Shown piece by piece: positions 25,145 through 32,980 of a stretch of DNA of 64,000 nt; position 1 is the first letter of the stretch, and each line of letters starts with the position of its first letter. Source of the stretch: an uncultured bacterium (GTDB lineage: Bacteria; Verrucomicrobiota; Kiritimatiellia; RFP12; UBA1067); the NCBI GenBank assembly GCA_902800055.1, contig CADCCW010000001.1, positions 14,932 to 78,931 on the forward strand, in the 5' to 3' direction. A program made the translations under genes and the position numbers. The notes beneath the pieces are model-generated. The model ran no database searches. It saw nothing but the letters and a program-made list of their open reading frames with translations, and was not told where the DNA came from.

Positions 25145-27286
25145 TTACGGCATCACCCAGTAGCCGGGCAGGTTGCGGACATCCTTCGCTGGCGCGGGAC
25201 GGACCGGCGGCGGCGTCCCGGTCGGCGTCAGGAGGTAGCCGCACACCGACGCCGCCGGCGCGATCGTCTCCCAGACGGTATACTCGCTCGCCGCGACGGT
25301 CTGGTTCTCGAGATTGCCCCAACGCCGCCAGATCGGACACTTCGTAGCCAGCGACTTGTCGCCGCCGTACACCATTTCCACCGCCTTCGCCGGCATGCCG
25401 TAGTTCCAGCGGTACGGCGTTATCCCCGGTACATACTCCGCGATTCCGTCGACGTACGACGGCAGGTCGAGGAACGCGACGGGATAGACGCGGCCGAGTC
25501 CGCTCGTCAGCGTCGTTCCCTGCGGATTGCATCCGTTGTGGAAGTCGAGCGCGGCAAAGGCGGCGTCAAGGTATTTCGCCTTCCCCGAAAGCGCGTGTGC
25601 GGCGATCAGCGTCTGCGCGCGGCGGAGCGGATGGCTCTGTCCCCAGCTCATAGCGTGGCACCAGCCCTTTCCGGGAAAGTACCACGGGCACCGGTAGGCG
25701 TAGGCGCCCTCCACTTCCTTCACCATGTCGTTGGCGCGGTTCTCGACCTTGCGCTTCCACTCCTTCGCCAGCCACTCGGCCTCGGACGGCAAACCCAACG
25801 CCATCTCGCCGGCGAAGGAAAGCGCCCCCCACCTCCATTCGTTCTTCTTGAAGTCCGCCTGCGCCTCGGACCGGCGCTTCGCGAGCTCGTCGAGATACGA
25901 CTTCTCGCCGGTAAGCGCGGCAAGGTTGACCGCGGCCTTCACCAGCATGTTCGCCGGGAGCGTCTTCGGCTCCTCCCATTCGACGGTGCGGCTTTCCGTC
26001 GAGAGCCATCCCTTCTTCTTCGTCAGGTGGAACGTCTCATTTGACGGCGGCGTGCGCATGACATAGTCCCACGCGCGCTTCGCGGAGTCAAGATACTTCG
26101 CCCGAAACGACTCGTGGCAGCGCGCGAGGAGCGCGGCGTGCGCGGCGTAGGCGAGGGTGCTCGAGCGCGTCGCGCACGAGACGGCGTACTGGAGTGCATC
26201 GTCCTCGGCGGACTCGCCGGGGCGCGGATGGCGCGTCGTCTCGATCCAGGTGCCGACGCGGCCGTCCTTCCACTGGACGGCGAGGAGATGCCGAAGCCCC
26301 CACTCCGCCTCGTCGAGGATGTCGGGGATGCCGTTCGCGTTCTCAGGGATCGCGAGCTGTCCGTCGCGGAAATTGTCCGGCTTCATCAGATAGACGGCGC
26401 AGAGGTCGTTCACGATCGCGAGGTGCGCGGGGCGACGGTCGAAGTCTGCCGCGTCGTGCCATCCGCCGGAGACCGCGATGCGCTCGCCGTTGGCCCAGTC
26501 CGTGTTCTGCGCGATGATATCGAACCAGCGGACGTCCTTGGGGAGCTTTCCCTCCTCCGGCGCGAAATAGCCGCGCACGACGCTGGTGTGGCACGCGCCG
26601 GAGGTCCAGTGGGTATAGGGCTCGGTCTTCGCGATGCCGCAGCGCTTCTGGTAGAGGCCGCCCATGTGGACGCGGAAAGCGTCCTCGACCGCGCCGCTTG
26701 AGATGCGGAAATTCTCGCTCCTGCCGACGCCGTCGACGCGGATGAAGAAGGTGCCTTCGTTGGTGACGGACGAGAAGTCCAGCTCGTAGGTGTACTCGCC
26801 AGTGAAAGGCGTCCCCTCCTTGGTGAAGCCGTCGTCAACCCTGTGGCGAAGCGGGGCAAACGGGACAGGCGGAACGACCGGGACGAGCGTGGCGGAGTCA
26901 ACCAGCTCCCACTTCTTCTCTTCCCTCTTCCCTCTTTCCTCTTCCCTCATTCTCCACGCGCCGAGCTTCGGGCCGAGCCATGCGCCCATGTAGGCGAACT
27001 TAGGCTGATCCGGGGCGTAGCCGACCTGGTTCAACTTGAATAGCGGGCTCGGCTTCGCGGGGTCGTATTCCGGAAACGGCTTTTCGCTCGTGCGGAACAC
27101 GTTGTACATTATCCTCGCCTCGGGATTCTTCGCGAGCGGGTCCTTCTGTCCGTTCGCGGACGCCCAGAAGCCGGGCTCCGCGGCAAACGCGCGCCCCGCG
27201 CGGTCGTCGTCGGTCTGGTAGAGCGACGTATACGGGTCGAGGAAGCGCAGCATCGACGCGGCGACGAGGACTGCGAGGCTATGCAT
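25145..27286 (-). CDS. Glycoside hydrolase family 9-like protein with N-terminal Ig-like (CelD_N-type) module
   Basis: FKLNQVGYAPDQPKF is the N-terminal module. GGWHDAADFDRR is a variant of the GH9 GGW-x-DAGD box. Also DILDEAEWGLRHL, FHNGCNPQGTTLTSGLG and ASEYTVWETIAPA. It carries an in-frame Glu/Lys/Arg insert from a heptamer array. Confidence 0.65.
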   Translation of the reverse strand: MHSLAVLVAASMLRFLDPYTSLYQTDDDRAGRAFAAEPGFWASANGQKDPLAKNPEARIMYNVFRTSEKPFPEYDPAKPSPLFKLNQVGYAPDQPKFAYMGAWLGPKLGAWRMREEERGKREEKKWELVDSATLVPVVPPVPFAPLRHRVDDGFTKEGTPFTGEYTYELDFSSVTNEGTFFIRVDGVGRSENFRISSGAVEDAFRVHMGGLYQKRCGIAKTEPYTHWTSGACHTSVVRGYFAPEEGKLPKDVRWFDIIAQNTDWANGERIAVSGGWHDAADFDRRPAHLAIVNDLCAVYLMKPDNFRDGQLAIPENANGIPDILDEAEWGLRHLLAVQWKDGRVGTWIETTRHPRPGESAEDDALQYAVSCATRSSTLAYAAHAALLARCHESFRAKYLDSAKRAWDYVMRTPPSNETFHLTKKKGWLSTESRTVEWEEPKTLPANMLVKAAVNLAALTGEKSYLDELAKRRSEAQADFKKNEWRWGALSFAGEMALGLPSEAEWLAKEWKRKVENRANDMVKEVEGAYAYRCPWYFPGKGWCHAMSWGQSHPLRRAQTLIAAHALSGKAKYLDAAFAALDFHNGCNPQGTTLTSGLGRVYPVAFLDLPSYVDGIAEYVPGITPYRWNYGMPAKAVEMVYGGDKSLATKCPIWRRWGNLENQTVAASEYTVWETIAPAASVCGYLLTPTGTPPPVRPAPAKDVRNLPGYWVMP
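26912..26955. repeat. TCTTCCC heptamer array (about 6 units) in frame inside the GH9-like gene
   Basis: cttcttc TCTTCCC TCTTCCC TCTTTCC TCTTCCC tcattct. Translated on the minus strand it gives MREEERGKREEKKWE. Confidence 0.85.
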
Positions 27287-28616
27287 GGCCGCCTCCCCGC
27301 GCTTCGGCCGCGATTCGCGCGGCGTTCTTGTTCAGGTGGTCGAGAACGGCGAAGAAGATCATGAGGAGGATGAGGTTCATCTGCTGCCTGAGCACCCATT
27401 CGAGGCAGCTTTGCAGGTAGCAGGCGACAAGGCCGCCCGCAAGCCCCGCCGGTATCGCGGCGTATGGCGTGCCCTTCAGTTTCTTCACCAGCCGGCACGC
27501 GATGAGGAGGTAGTAGAAGAACCACACGAGCATCGCCGCGAGCGCGGGGATGCCGCACTCGGCGCCGACGAGCAGGTAGACGGTCTCGACGATGCCGTCG
27601 CGGAATTCCTCGTCGCGGTTGGGGTTGCGCCCGGCGCGCTCGGCGTATTCGTAGGGCGGGTTGATCTTGATGCCCCAGTTGTTGATGCCGACGCCGCGCC
27701 ACGGCTCGTCGGCCATCATCTCCTTGGCGCAGAGGGCCAGTTCCAGACGCGTGTTCTTCGACGCCTCCGGCGCGCTTTCGAAGCGCTCGATGATGCGCGG
27801 CAGCATGGCGGCGAGCCCGATGAAGCCGACGGCTGCGATCGGCAGGATCCGCATGAAGACACGGCGCTTCGGGACGTCGAGCCCGGCGAAGAACATGAGC
27901 GCGAAGGTGACCGCGAACGACGGGGGGATCATCGCGAGCGCGCCGCGGGAATACGTCCTAACGATGCAGGCGGACGCCGCTATGAACGCGAAAGTGTTCA
28001 GCAACGGCCCGCGCCAGCCCCGGGCGAGGAAGCAGGCGAAGAAGAGGTTGGCGAAGAGGTGCATCCCCATCGCCAGGCCGTTCTGGTGGGGAAAGACGCC
28101 GTGCGGCTGGTAGACGCCGGAGAAATGGTCCTTGACGATCAGCAGGAAGTTGAAGACCGCGAACACGGCAAGGCCCTTCATCAGCGACTTGACGTCGTCC
28201 GTGAGGCCGAGATACGCCCGGACGGAAAGATAGGTCATGTAGAGCATGATCATCTTCCAGATCTCCATCCACGCGAAGAGCTTGCTCTCGGCGGTCGACC
28301 AGGACGGCAGGCAGAGGAGGAAGTAGACGACGAAAAGCGCCGCGCCGACGGAGGGGACGAGCTTCGGCAGCCGGCGCTTGATCGCGGCCGTGATCAGCAT
28401 CGCGGCGGCGAAGAGGTAGATGACGCTCACCTCCATGCCGCGCGAAGTGCCGCGGTACCACTCGTTGGAGAAGAAGTTGATCGCCGTGGCCTGGTACGCC
28501 GCGAGCGCCGCGATCATCGCCCAGATCGCGTACTTCATCCACGAGCGGTTGAGCGAGATGATGAAGGCGAGCGGAGGCACGCCCATCATGGCTATGGCGA
28601 AGACCGCGTACTTCAT
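27279..28616 (-). CDS. wzy: O-antigen ligase / Wzy-type polysaccharide polymerase family membrane protein
   Basis: 445-aa polytopic membrane protein. A large loop (ERFESAPEASKNTRLELALCAKEMMADEPWRGVGINNW) precedes the last TM segments, as in Wzy_C/O-antigen-ligase proteins. Confidence 0.65.
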   Translation of the reverse strand: MKYAVFAIAMMGVPPLAFIISLNRSWMKYAIWAMIAALAAYQATAINFFSNEWYRGTSRGMEVSVIYLFAAAMLITAAIKRRLPKLVPSVGAALFVVYFLLCLPSWSTAESKLFAWMEIWKMIMLYMTYLSVRAYLGLTDDVKSLMKGLAVFAVFNFLLIVKDHFSGVYQPHGVFPHQNGLAMGMHLFANLFFACFLARGWRGPLLNTFAFIAASACIVRTYSRGALAMIPPSFAVTFALMFFAGLDVPKRRVFMRILPIAAVGFIGLAAMLPRIIERFESAPEASKNTRLELALCAKEMMADEPWRGVGINNWGIKINPPYEYAERAGRNPNRDEEFRDGIVETVYLLVGAECGIPALAAMLVWFFYYLLIACRLVKKLKGTPYAAIPAGLAGGLVACYLQSCLEWVLRQQMNLILLMIFFAVLDHLNKNAARIAAEARGGGHA

Positions 28617-28620
28617 GCCG

Positions 28621-29679
28621 TCAGTTGCTCGGGCTTAGGCCGACCGCGGAGGCCCGGCCGGCGACGAGGCTGAATATCTGCGCCGACGGCATGAGCTTGT
28701 TGACGAACACGTTGTACTCCGACATGGTGTCCTTCGGCACGTAGACGATGTCGCCGGCCTTGAGCGGGACGTTGCGGCACTTCCCGGCGAGGATTCCGTC
28801 CACGTCGACCTTGTAGAGCTTCGGGTGCGCGAGGCCGTCCCTGATTATGATGACATGGCTCCAGTGGGTGTCCTTCATCCACCCTGCCGCCGTAAGGGTC
28901 TCTATAAGCCCCATTCCGGCCTCGAACAGGCGCTTGTGCGGATTCTTGACCTCGCCGCAGATTATGACCGACGCCTCCATGCGCTGGGCGATGAACACGT
29001 AGTCGCCCTTGCGGACACGGATGTTGTGGAGCATGTCGCCCTTGCTGATCGCCTTGATGAAGTCCACCGGCAGCAGCTCGCCCTTCCGGACGAACAGCGA
29101 GTGCTCGAGGTCCGCGACATCGACGTCGACGCCGTTGAAGAGCCTTTCGGCACTCGACCCGGCCATCGCGTAGAAGTCGGCGAGGCGCGTCGAGTTCGAG
29201 ATGCCGTAGACCCCCGGCTTCGCGCAGGCGCCGGCGATCGTCGCCGTCTCGCTCTGCACGTCGAGGATGGTTATGCTCACGACCGGGTTCTTGACGTACG
29301 GGGCGAGCCCCTCGCGTATGCACTCGGAGCCCTGGGCGATCGTCTGCCCGCTCAGCTTCACCTGGCCCATGAACGCCATGCCGACCATTCCGTCCGGTCC
29401 GATGCGCGTCCTCATTCCGAGGTCTGGGTGGTCGTAGACGCGGATCTCGATCTGATCGCCGGCGTTCATGTGGTAGGCGGGCTCCTCCTCCATCTCGAGC
29501 TCCATGAGGCGCTTTCTGACCCGCGCCTCGTCCTCCGCCGTGCGTCCGCTCTCGTCGATCACGGCGTTGTCGTCGTCGGTGTTGGTGATCTCGAACACGT
29601 CGTTGTAGTTCGTCGTCATCCGGTCGAAGTAGCAGCCGGCCAGCAGCGCGGCGGCGAGGATCGCGGCGATTAGCTTCAC
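28621..29679 (-). CDS. wza: Polysaccharide export outer-membrane lipoprotein (Wza/OPX family)
   Basis: Lipobox MKLIAAILAAALLAGC. The Poly_export-like core reads YHMNAGDQIEIRVYDHPDL...IGPDGMVGMAFMGQVKLSGQT, and SLBB-like repeats follow (GACAKPGVYGI..., VPLKAGDIVYVP). Confidence 0.75.
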   Translation of the reverse strand: MKLIAAILAAALLAGCYFDRMTTNYNDVFEITNTDDDNAVIDESGRTAEDEARVRKRLMELEMEEEPAYHMNAGDQIEIRVYDHPDLGMRTRIGPDGMVGMAFMGQVKLSGQTIAQGSECIREGLAPYVKNPVVSITILDVQSETATIAGACAKPGVYGISNSTRLADFYAMAGSSAERLFNGVDVDVADLEHSLFVRKGELLPVDFIKAISKGDMLHNIRVRKGDYVFIAQRMEASVIICGEVKNPHKRLFEAGMGLIETLTAAGWMKDTHWSHVIIIRDGLAHPKLYKVDVDGILAGKCRNVPLKAGDIVYVPKDTMSEYNVFVNKLMPSAQIFSLVAGRASAVGLSPSN

Positions 29680-31646
29680 AGCCTGGCCTCCATTTCCCTT
29701 CTGACGGTCTTGACGTCGCCGCCGGATGCCATCGCCATGATCGCCTTGCCCGACTTGGCGACGTGCCGGCGCACGTAGCCGAACACCGAGCGCGGCGTCT
29801 GGCCGGCGCCGACGTGGAGGATGACGGCGTCGCAGAGCCCGAGCAGCTGGTCGAAGAAGGTGCCGCCGATGCGGACGCCGCCTTCCATCCTGACGAAGAT
29901 GTTGCCGTAGGAGTTCTTCAGCTCCGCGAGGTCCGCCTGCAGGATCTGCAGCTCCGTCGGAGCCATCGCGAACCGGTTGGCCGTCGGGAACCAGCCGTGC
30001 GCGCCGCTGCGCATGACGCCGATCATCTGCTCGGCGTCCTTGGGCGGGTCGAAGTTAGCGCTGGAGACGACGTCGAGCAGAAAGGAGTTCACGCCCGACA
30101 TTAGCGCGGTGGCGTCCACGGTGTGCGAGAAGTCCTCGCGGATTTCCACGCCGGGCAGCCGGCACACGAGCACGACGGGCGTCTTTTCGGCGGAAAGGAG
30201 CATCTTCAGCGCCACCACGCCCATGACCTCGCGGTCCTCGTCTTCCGGCATGGCTCCGGGAATCGGCAGCGAACCGAGGAACGAAATGGCGGGATACGCC
30301 TCGATCTCCCGTCCGCTGCGCACCTTGCCGAACACCAGCTCCAGCGCGACGACCCACAGCATGGCGACGAACAGGCACACCCCGGCGGCGCCGAGGGACA
30401 GGACGAGCTGCTTCGTGCCGAACGGACCCTTGTCGCTCGACCCGCCCGCGTGCTCGATCTGCCTGAGGTCGTTTTTCAGCGCGCCGGAGAGGTAGGTGAT
30501 GTTGCTGAGCTTCTCCTCCAGCTCGCGGATCGACGCGGCGATGTCCGACCGGTGCGTCTGGAGCCGCTCGTATTCGGGAATCAGCGCCGCCAGCTCCGCC
30601 GCGCGCTTGTCGTTGTCGGCAAGCTCCTGCTCCACCGCGCGGCGCTTTTCGGCGAGCGCGGACATGCGCGTGAGGCACTCGGCGAGCTCGCCGGCAGACT
30701 TCTCCAGCTGGTCGAGATCGTCGAGGTTCAGGTCCTCCACGCCCTTGGCCTTCAGGAACTCCTGCATCTCCCTGACGTACTTCTCGCGCTCCTCCAGCTT
30801 GCCCGCCACCTTCGGGTTGATGTCGGTGTACTTCTCGCGCAGCGACTTCAGCTCCTTTTCGACCGCCGCTATCGCCTCCGCGCGCTTGCGGATCGCCTGC
30901 GCATTCTCGGTGATCACGGTCCCGGCCGTGCCGACGATCTGCTCCAGCCGCTTCTTCTTCAGCTCCTCGTTCGCCAGCTCCACGCCGATGGCAGAAGCGT
31001 TCTTGCGCTGGTCGGACATGAGCGCGTTGATGGCGACAAGTGCGTCCTGCGGAGCCATGACGCTCGTCTTCGCCTTGAGCTTGGTCTCGGCGGCATCGAT
31101 CTCGGAAAGCTCCTCCAGGAGCTTCGCCTTGCGGTCCCGGATCGACGCGCCCCAGGCCTCGAGGTCTTTCGCGCGGTATGCCGCGTATTCGTTGATCAGC
31201 GCCTCGGCGTAGGCGTTCACCTTCTTGACCGCCCCCTTCCACGACTGCGACGCGGCGGTCAGGGTGAAGAGGTTGGTCGGCTTCTTCTCCTGCTTGATCG
31301 TAATGTCAAAGGCAAGGCACTCCTTCTCCGCCTGCGGCATGTCGACCTTGCTGGCGATACCGCGCTTGAGCGAGGCTCGGTCGAGAATGGACATAATCTG
31401 CTTGTCGTTGATGGTATCGATGTCCGCCACCTTCCGAGGATTGTAGAGGAGCCGCGTGGTCGCCGTGAAGCGACCGACGCTTTTCGCGCCCCTGAAGGTA
31501 AGATACGCGGCAAAAGCGCCAAAGAGAAAGACGAAAAGCAGCGCGAACAGCCACGCCCACTTGAGCACGATGACAAACACAACCTTCTGCAGCGTCATTA
31601 GCCGCTGCATCTGTTCGCGTTCATTCTCTGTCAGTTCTTCGCTCAA
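29676..31646 (-). CDS. Polysaccharide co-polymerase (Wzc/GumC-like) with degenerate C-terminal P-loop domain; TTG start
   Basis: Two TM segments flank a roughly 380-aa coiled-coil-rich periplasmic region (Wzz/PCP architecture). The C-terminal 200 aa occupy the BY-kinase position, but I see no GK[ST] Walker A and no Tyr cluster. The start is TTG 31646. Confidence 0.7.
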   Translation of the reverse strand: MSEELTENEREQMQRLMTLQKVVFVIVLKWAWLFALLFVFLFGAFAAYLTFRGAKSVGRFTATTRLLYNPRKVADIDTINDKQIMSILDRASLKRGIASKVDMPQAEKECLAFDITIKQEKKPTNLFTLTAASQSWKGAVKKVNAYAEALINEYAAYRAKDLEAWGASIRDRKAKLLEELSEIDAAETKLKAKTSVMAPQDALVAINALMSDQRKNASAIGVELANEELKKKRLEQIVGTAGTVITENAQAIRKRAEAIAAVEKELKSLREKYTDINPKVAGKLEEREKYVREMQEFLKAKGVEDLNLDDLDQLEKSAGELAECLTRMSALAEKRRAVEQELADNDKRAAELAALIPEYERLQTHRSDIAASIRELEEKLSNITYLSGALKNDLRQIEHAGGSSDKGPFGTKQLVLSLGAAGVCLFVAMLWVVALELVFGKVRSGREIEAYPAISFLGSLPIPGAMPEDEDREVMGVVALKMLLSAEKTPVVLVCRLPGVEIREDFSHTVDATALMSGVNSFLLDVVSSANFDPPKDAEQMIGVMRSGAHGWFPTANRFAMAPTELQILQADLAELKNSYGNIFVRMEGGVRIGGTFFDQLLGLCDAVILHVGAGQTPRSVFGYVRRHVAKSGKAIMAMASGGDVKTVRREMEARL

Positions 31647-31675
31647 GGGCGTGAGATGTCCTTATAATTCAGTGA

Positions 31676-31684
31676 ATTTTAGCA
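31676..31684 (-). promoter_or_regulatory. Extended -10 box TGCTAAAAT upstream of the wzc-like gene (29-nt leader)
   Basis: The minus strand reads ATATATGCTAAAATTCACTGAATTATAAGGACATCTCACGCCC-TTG. It overlaps the stop of the upstream GT4 gene. Confidence 0.35.
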
Positions 31685-32980
31685 TATATTGGTGTAGAAA
31701 TCAACCAGTCTGGCGGCGAGGACAGCCCAGTCGTACTCATGCGCGGCGGCAACCCCGGCAGCGGACATCTCCGCGCGCTCCGCGAAAGCCTTGTCGACCG
31801 CCGCGTCCAGCGCCGCCGCATCGCCGGGTGCGAACACCGCCGCCGCGCCTGGATGCGCCGCGCAGAGCCTCCCGAGCCCGCCCACGTCGCTTGCCGCCAC
31901 CGGCAGCCCCGCCGCCCAGGCCTCGAGGACGACGATGCCGAACGGCTCGTGGCGGCTCGCGAGCACAAAGACGTCGGCGTTCCGGTACTCTGCGAGCAGC
32001 TCGGGGCTGCCCGGCTTCAGCGCGCCGACGAACGCGACGCGATCTGAGACGCCTAGCTCGACGGCGCGGCGCTCGAGCTCCTCGCGGTAGTCGGGCTGGG
32101 TGACAGGGCCAACCAGGCGAAGCGCGCGCCCAGGATGGCGCGACAGATGCTCGACGAGCGCCAGCTGGTTTTTCTGGCGGTCGATCCGCGCGACGCATAG
32201 GAGCGTGGCGGAGCTCCCGGAGTTTCCGGTTTCCCCGGAGTTGCCGGCGAAGAGGCGCGTGTCCACACCATTGGGCAGAAACATCACATGCGGGTGCTTC
32301 GCGCGATAACGCTCGTATTCGTCCTCGCCCACGCAGACGATGCCGTCCGCGTCCTCGGGGATGCGGCGGACCCAGCCCATCGCATAGTCGACGAGCTTTC
32401 CCCACGGCAAACGTCCGCGGGTCGGGGCCTTCAGGCTCTTCGCCTCCGCCGTCGGCACGTTTGCTCCGCCGCCGTGGAGGGAGATAACGGTTTTTGGTTC
32501 GGTAGTTTGGTGGTTGGGTGGTTGGGTGGTTGAGTGGGCAACCCTAAGGCACAGTTCCGCGATGCGCGCCATCGCGTGGCAATGGATGACGTCCGGCTGC
32601 CATTCACGGAGCGCCTTGCCAAGTCCCGGCACAAACGGGTTTCCGCCCTTGCGGTCGAGCTCGGCGACAAGCTGCTTCGGCATCGGCCACCAGGGATAGA
32701 CCGGCCTGAAGCGGAGGATTTCAATACCGTCGACAGTCTCTGCGAATTGTCTGTTTTTCCAACACAAAGAACACAGAGAGCGCAAAGAGCGCAAAGCCCC
32801 CAAAAAGCCCTTTGTGTCCTTTGTGTTCTTTGTGTTAAAATCTTTCCACAGCGCAGTTGTAGCGAAGATGCGCACTTCGTGCCCCGCTTCCTGCTGGGCC
32901 TTGGCGAGGTTCCACACCACCTGCTCGGTGCCGCCCCAGTCGTCGAACGAGAGCCGCCTCAGGACGTGCGCGATTCTCAT
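31679..32980 (-). CDS. Family 4 glycosyltransferase carrying two in-frame repeat-cassette inserts
   Basis: MRIAHVLRRLSFDDWGGTEQVVWNLAKAQQEAGHEV N-terminus. The C-terminal half reads LLCVARIDRQKNQ..., ASRHEPFGIVVLEAWAAGLPVAASDVGG. The inserts NTKNTKDTKGFLGALRSLRSLCSLC and STTQPPNHQTTEPKT interrupt the N-terminal domain. Confidence 0.75.
   Translation of the reverse strand: MRIAHVLRRLSFDDWGGTEQVVWNLAKAQQEAGHEVRIFATTALWKDFNTKNTKDTKGFLGALRSLRSLCSLCWKNRQFAETVDGIEILRFRPVYPWWPMPKQLVAELDRKGGNPFVPGLGKALREWQPDVIHCHAMARIAELCLRVAHSTTQPPNHQTTEPKTVISLHGGGANVPTAEAKSLKAPTRGRLPWGKLVDYAMGWVRRIPEDADGIVCVGEDEYERYRAKHPHVMFLPNGVDTRLFAGNSGETGNSGSSATLLCVARIDRQKNQLALVEHLSRHPGRALRLVGPVTQPDYREELERRAVELGVSDRVAFVGALKPGSPELLAEYRNADVFVLASRHEPFGIVVLEAWAAGLPVAASDVGGLGRLCAAHPGAAAVFAPGDAAALDAAVDKAFAERAEMSAAGVAAAHEYDWAVLAARLVDFYTNIC
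32489..32537. repeat. 8-nt period array (GTTGGGTG-type, about 6 units) in frame inside the GT4 gene
   Basis: ggtttttg gttcggta gtttggtg gttgggtg gttgggtg gttgagtg gg. Translated on the minus strand it gives HSTTQPPNHQTTEPKT. Confidence 0.85.
32761..32836. repeat. 76-nt hairpin-forming cassette built from 9-nt units (CACAAAG / CTTTGTG arms), in frame inside the GT4 gene
   Basis: AACACAAAGAACACA (32761-32775) is the exact reverse complement of TGTGTTCTTTGTGTT (32822-32836). The interior AGCGCAAAG x2 ... CCTTTGTGT continues the imperfect pairing. Translated it gives NTKNTKDTKGFLGALRSLRSLCSLC. Confidence 0.9.
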
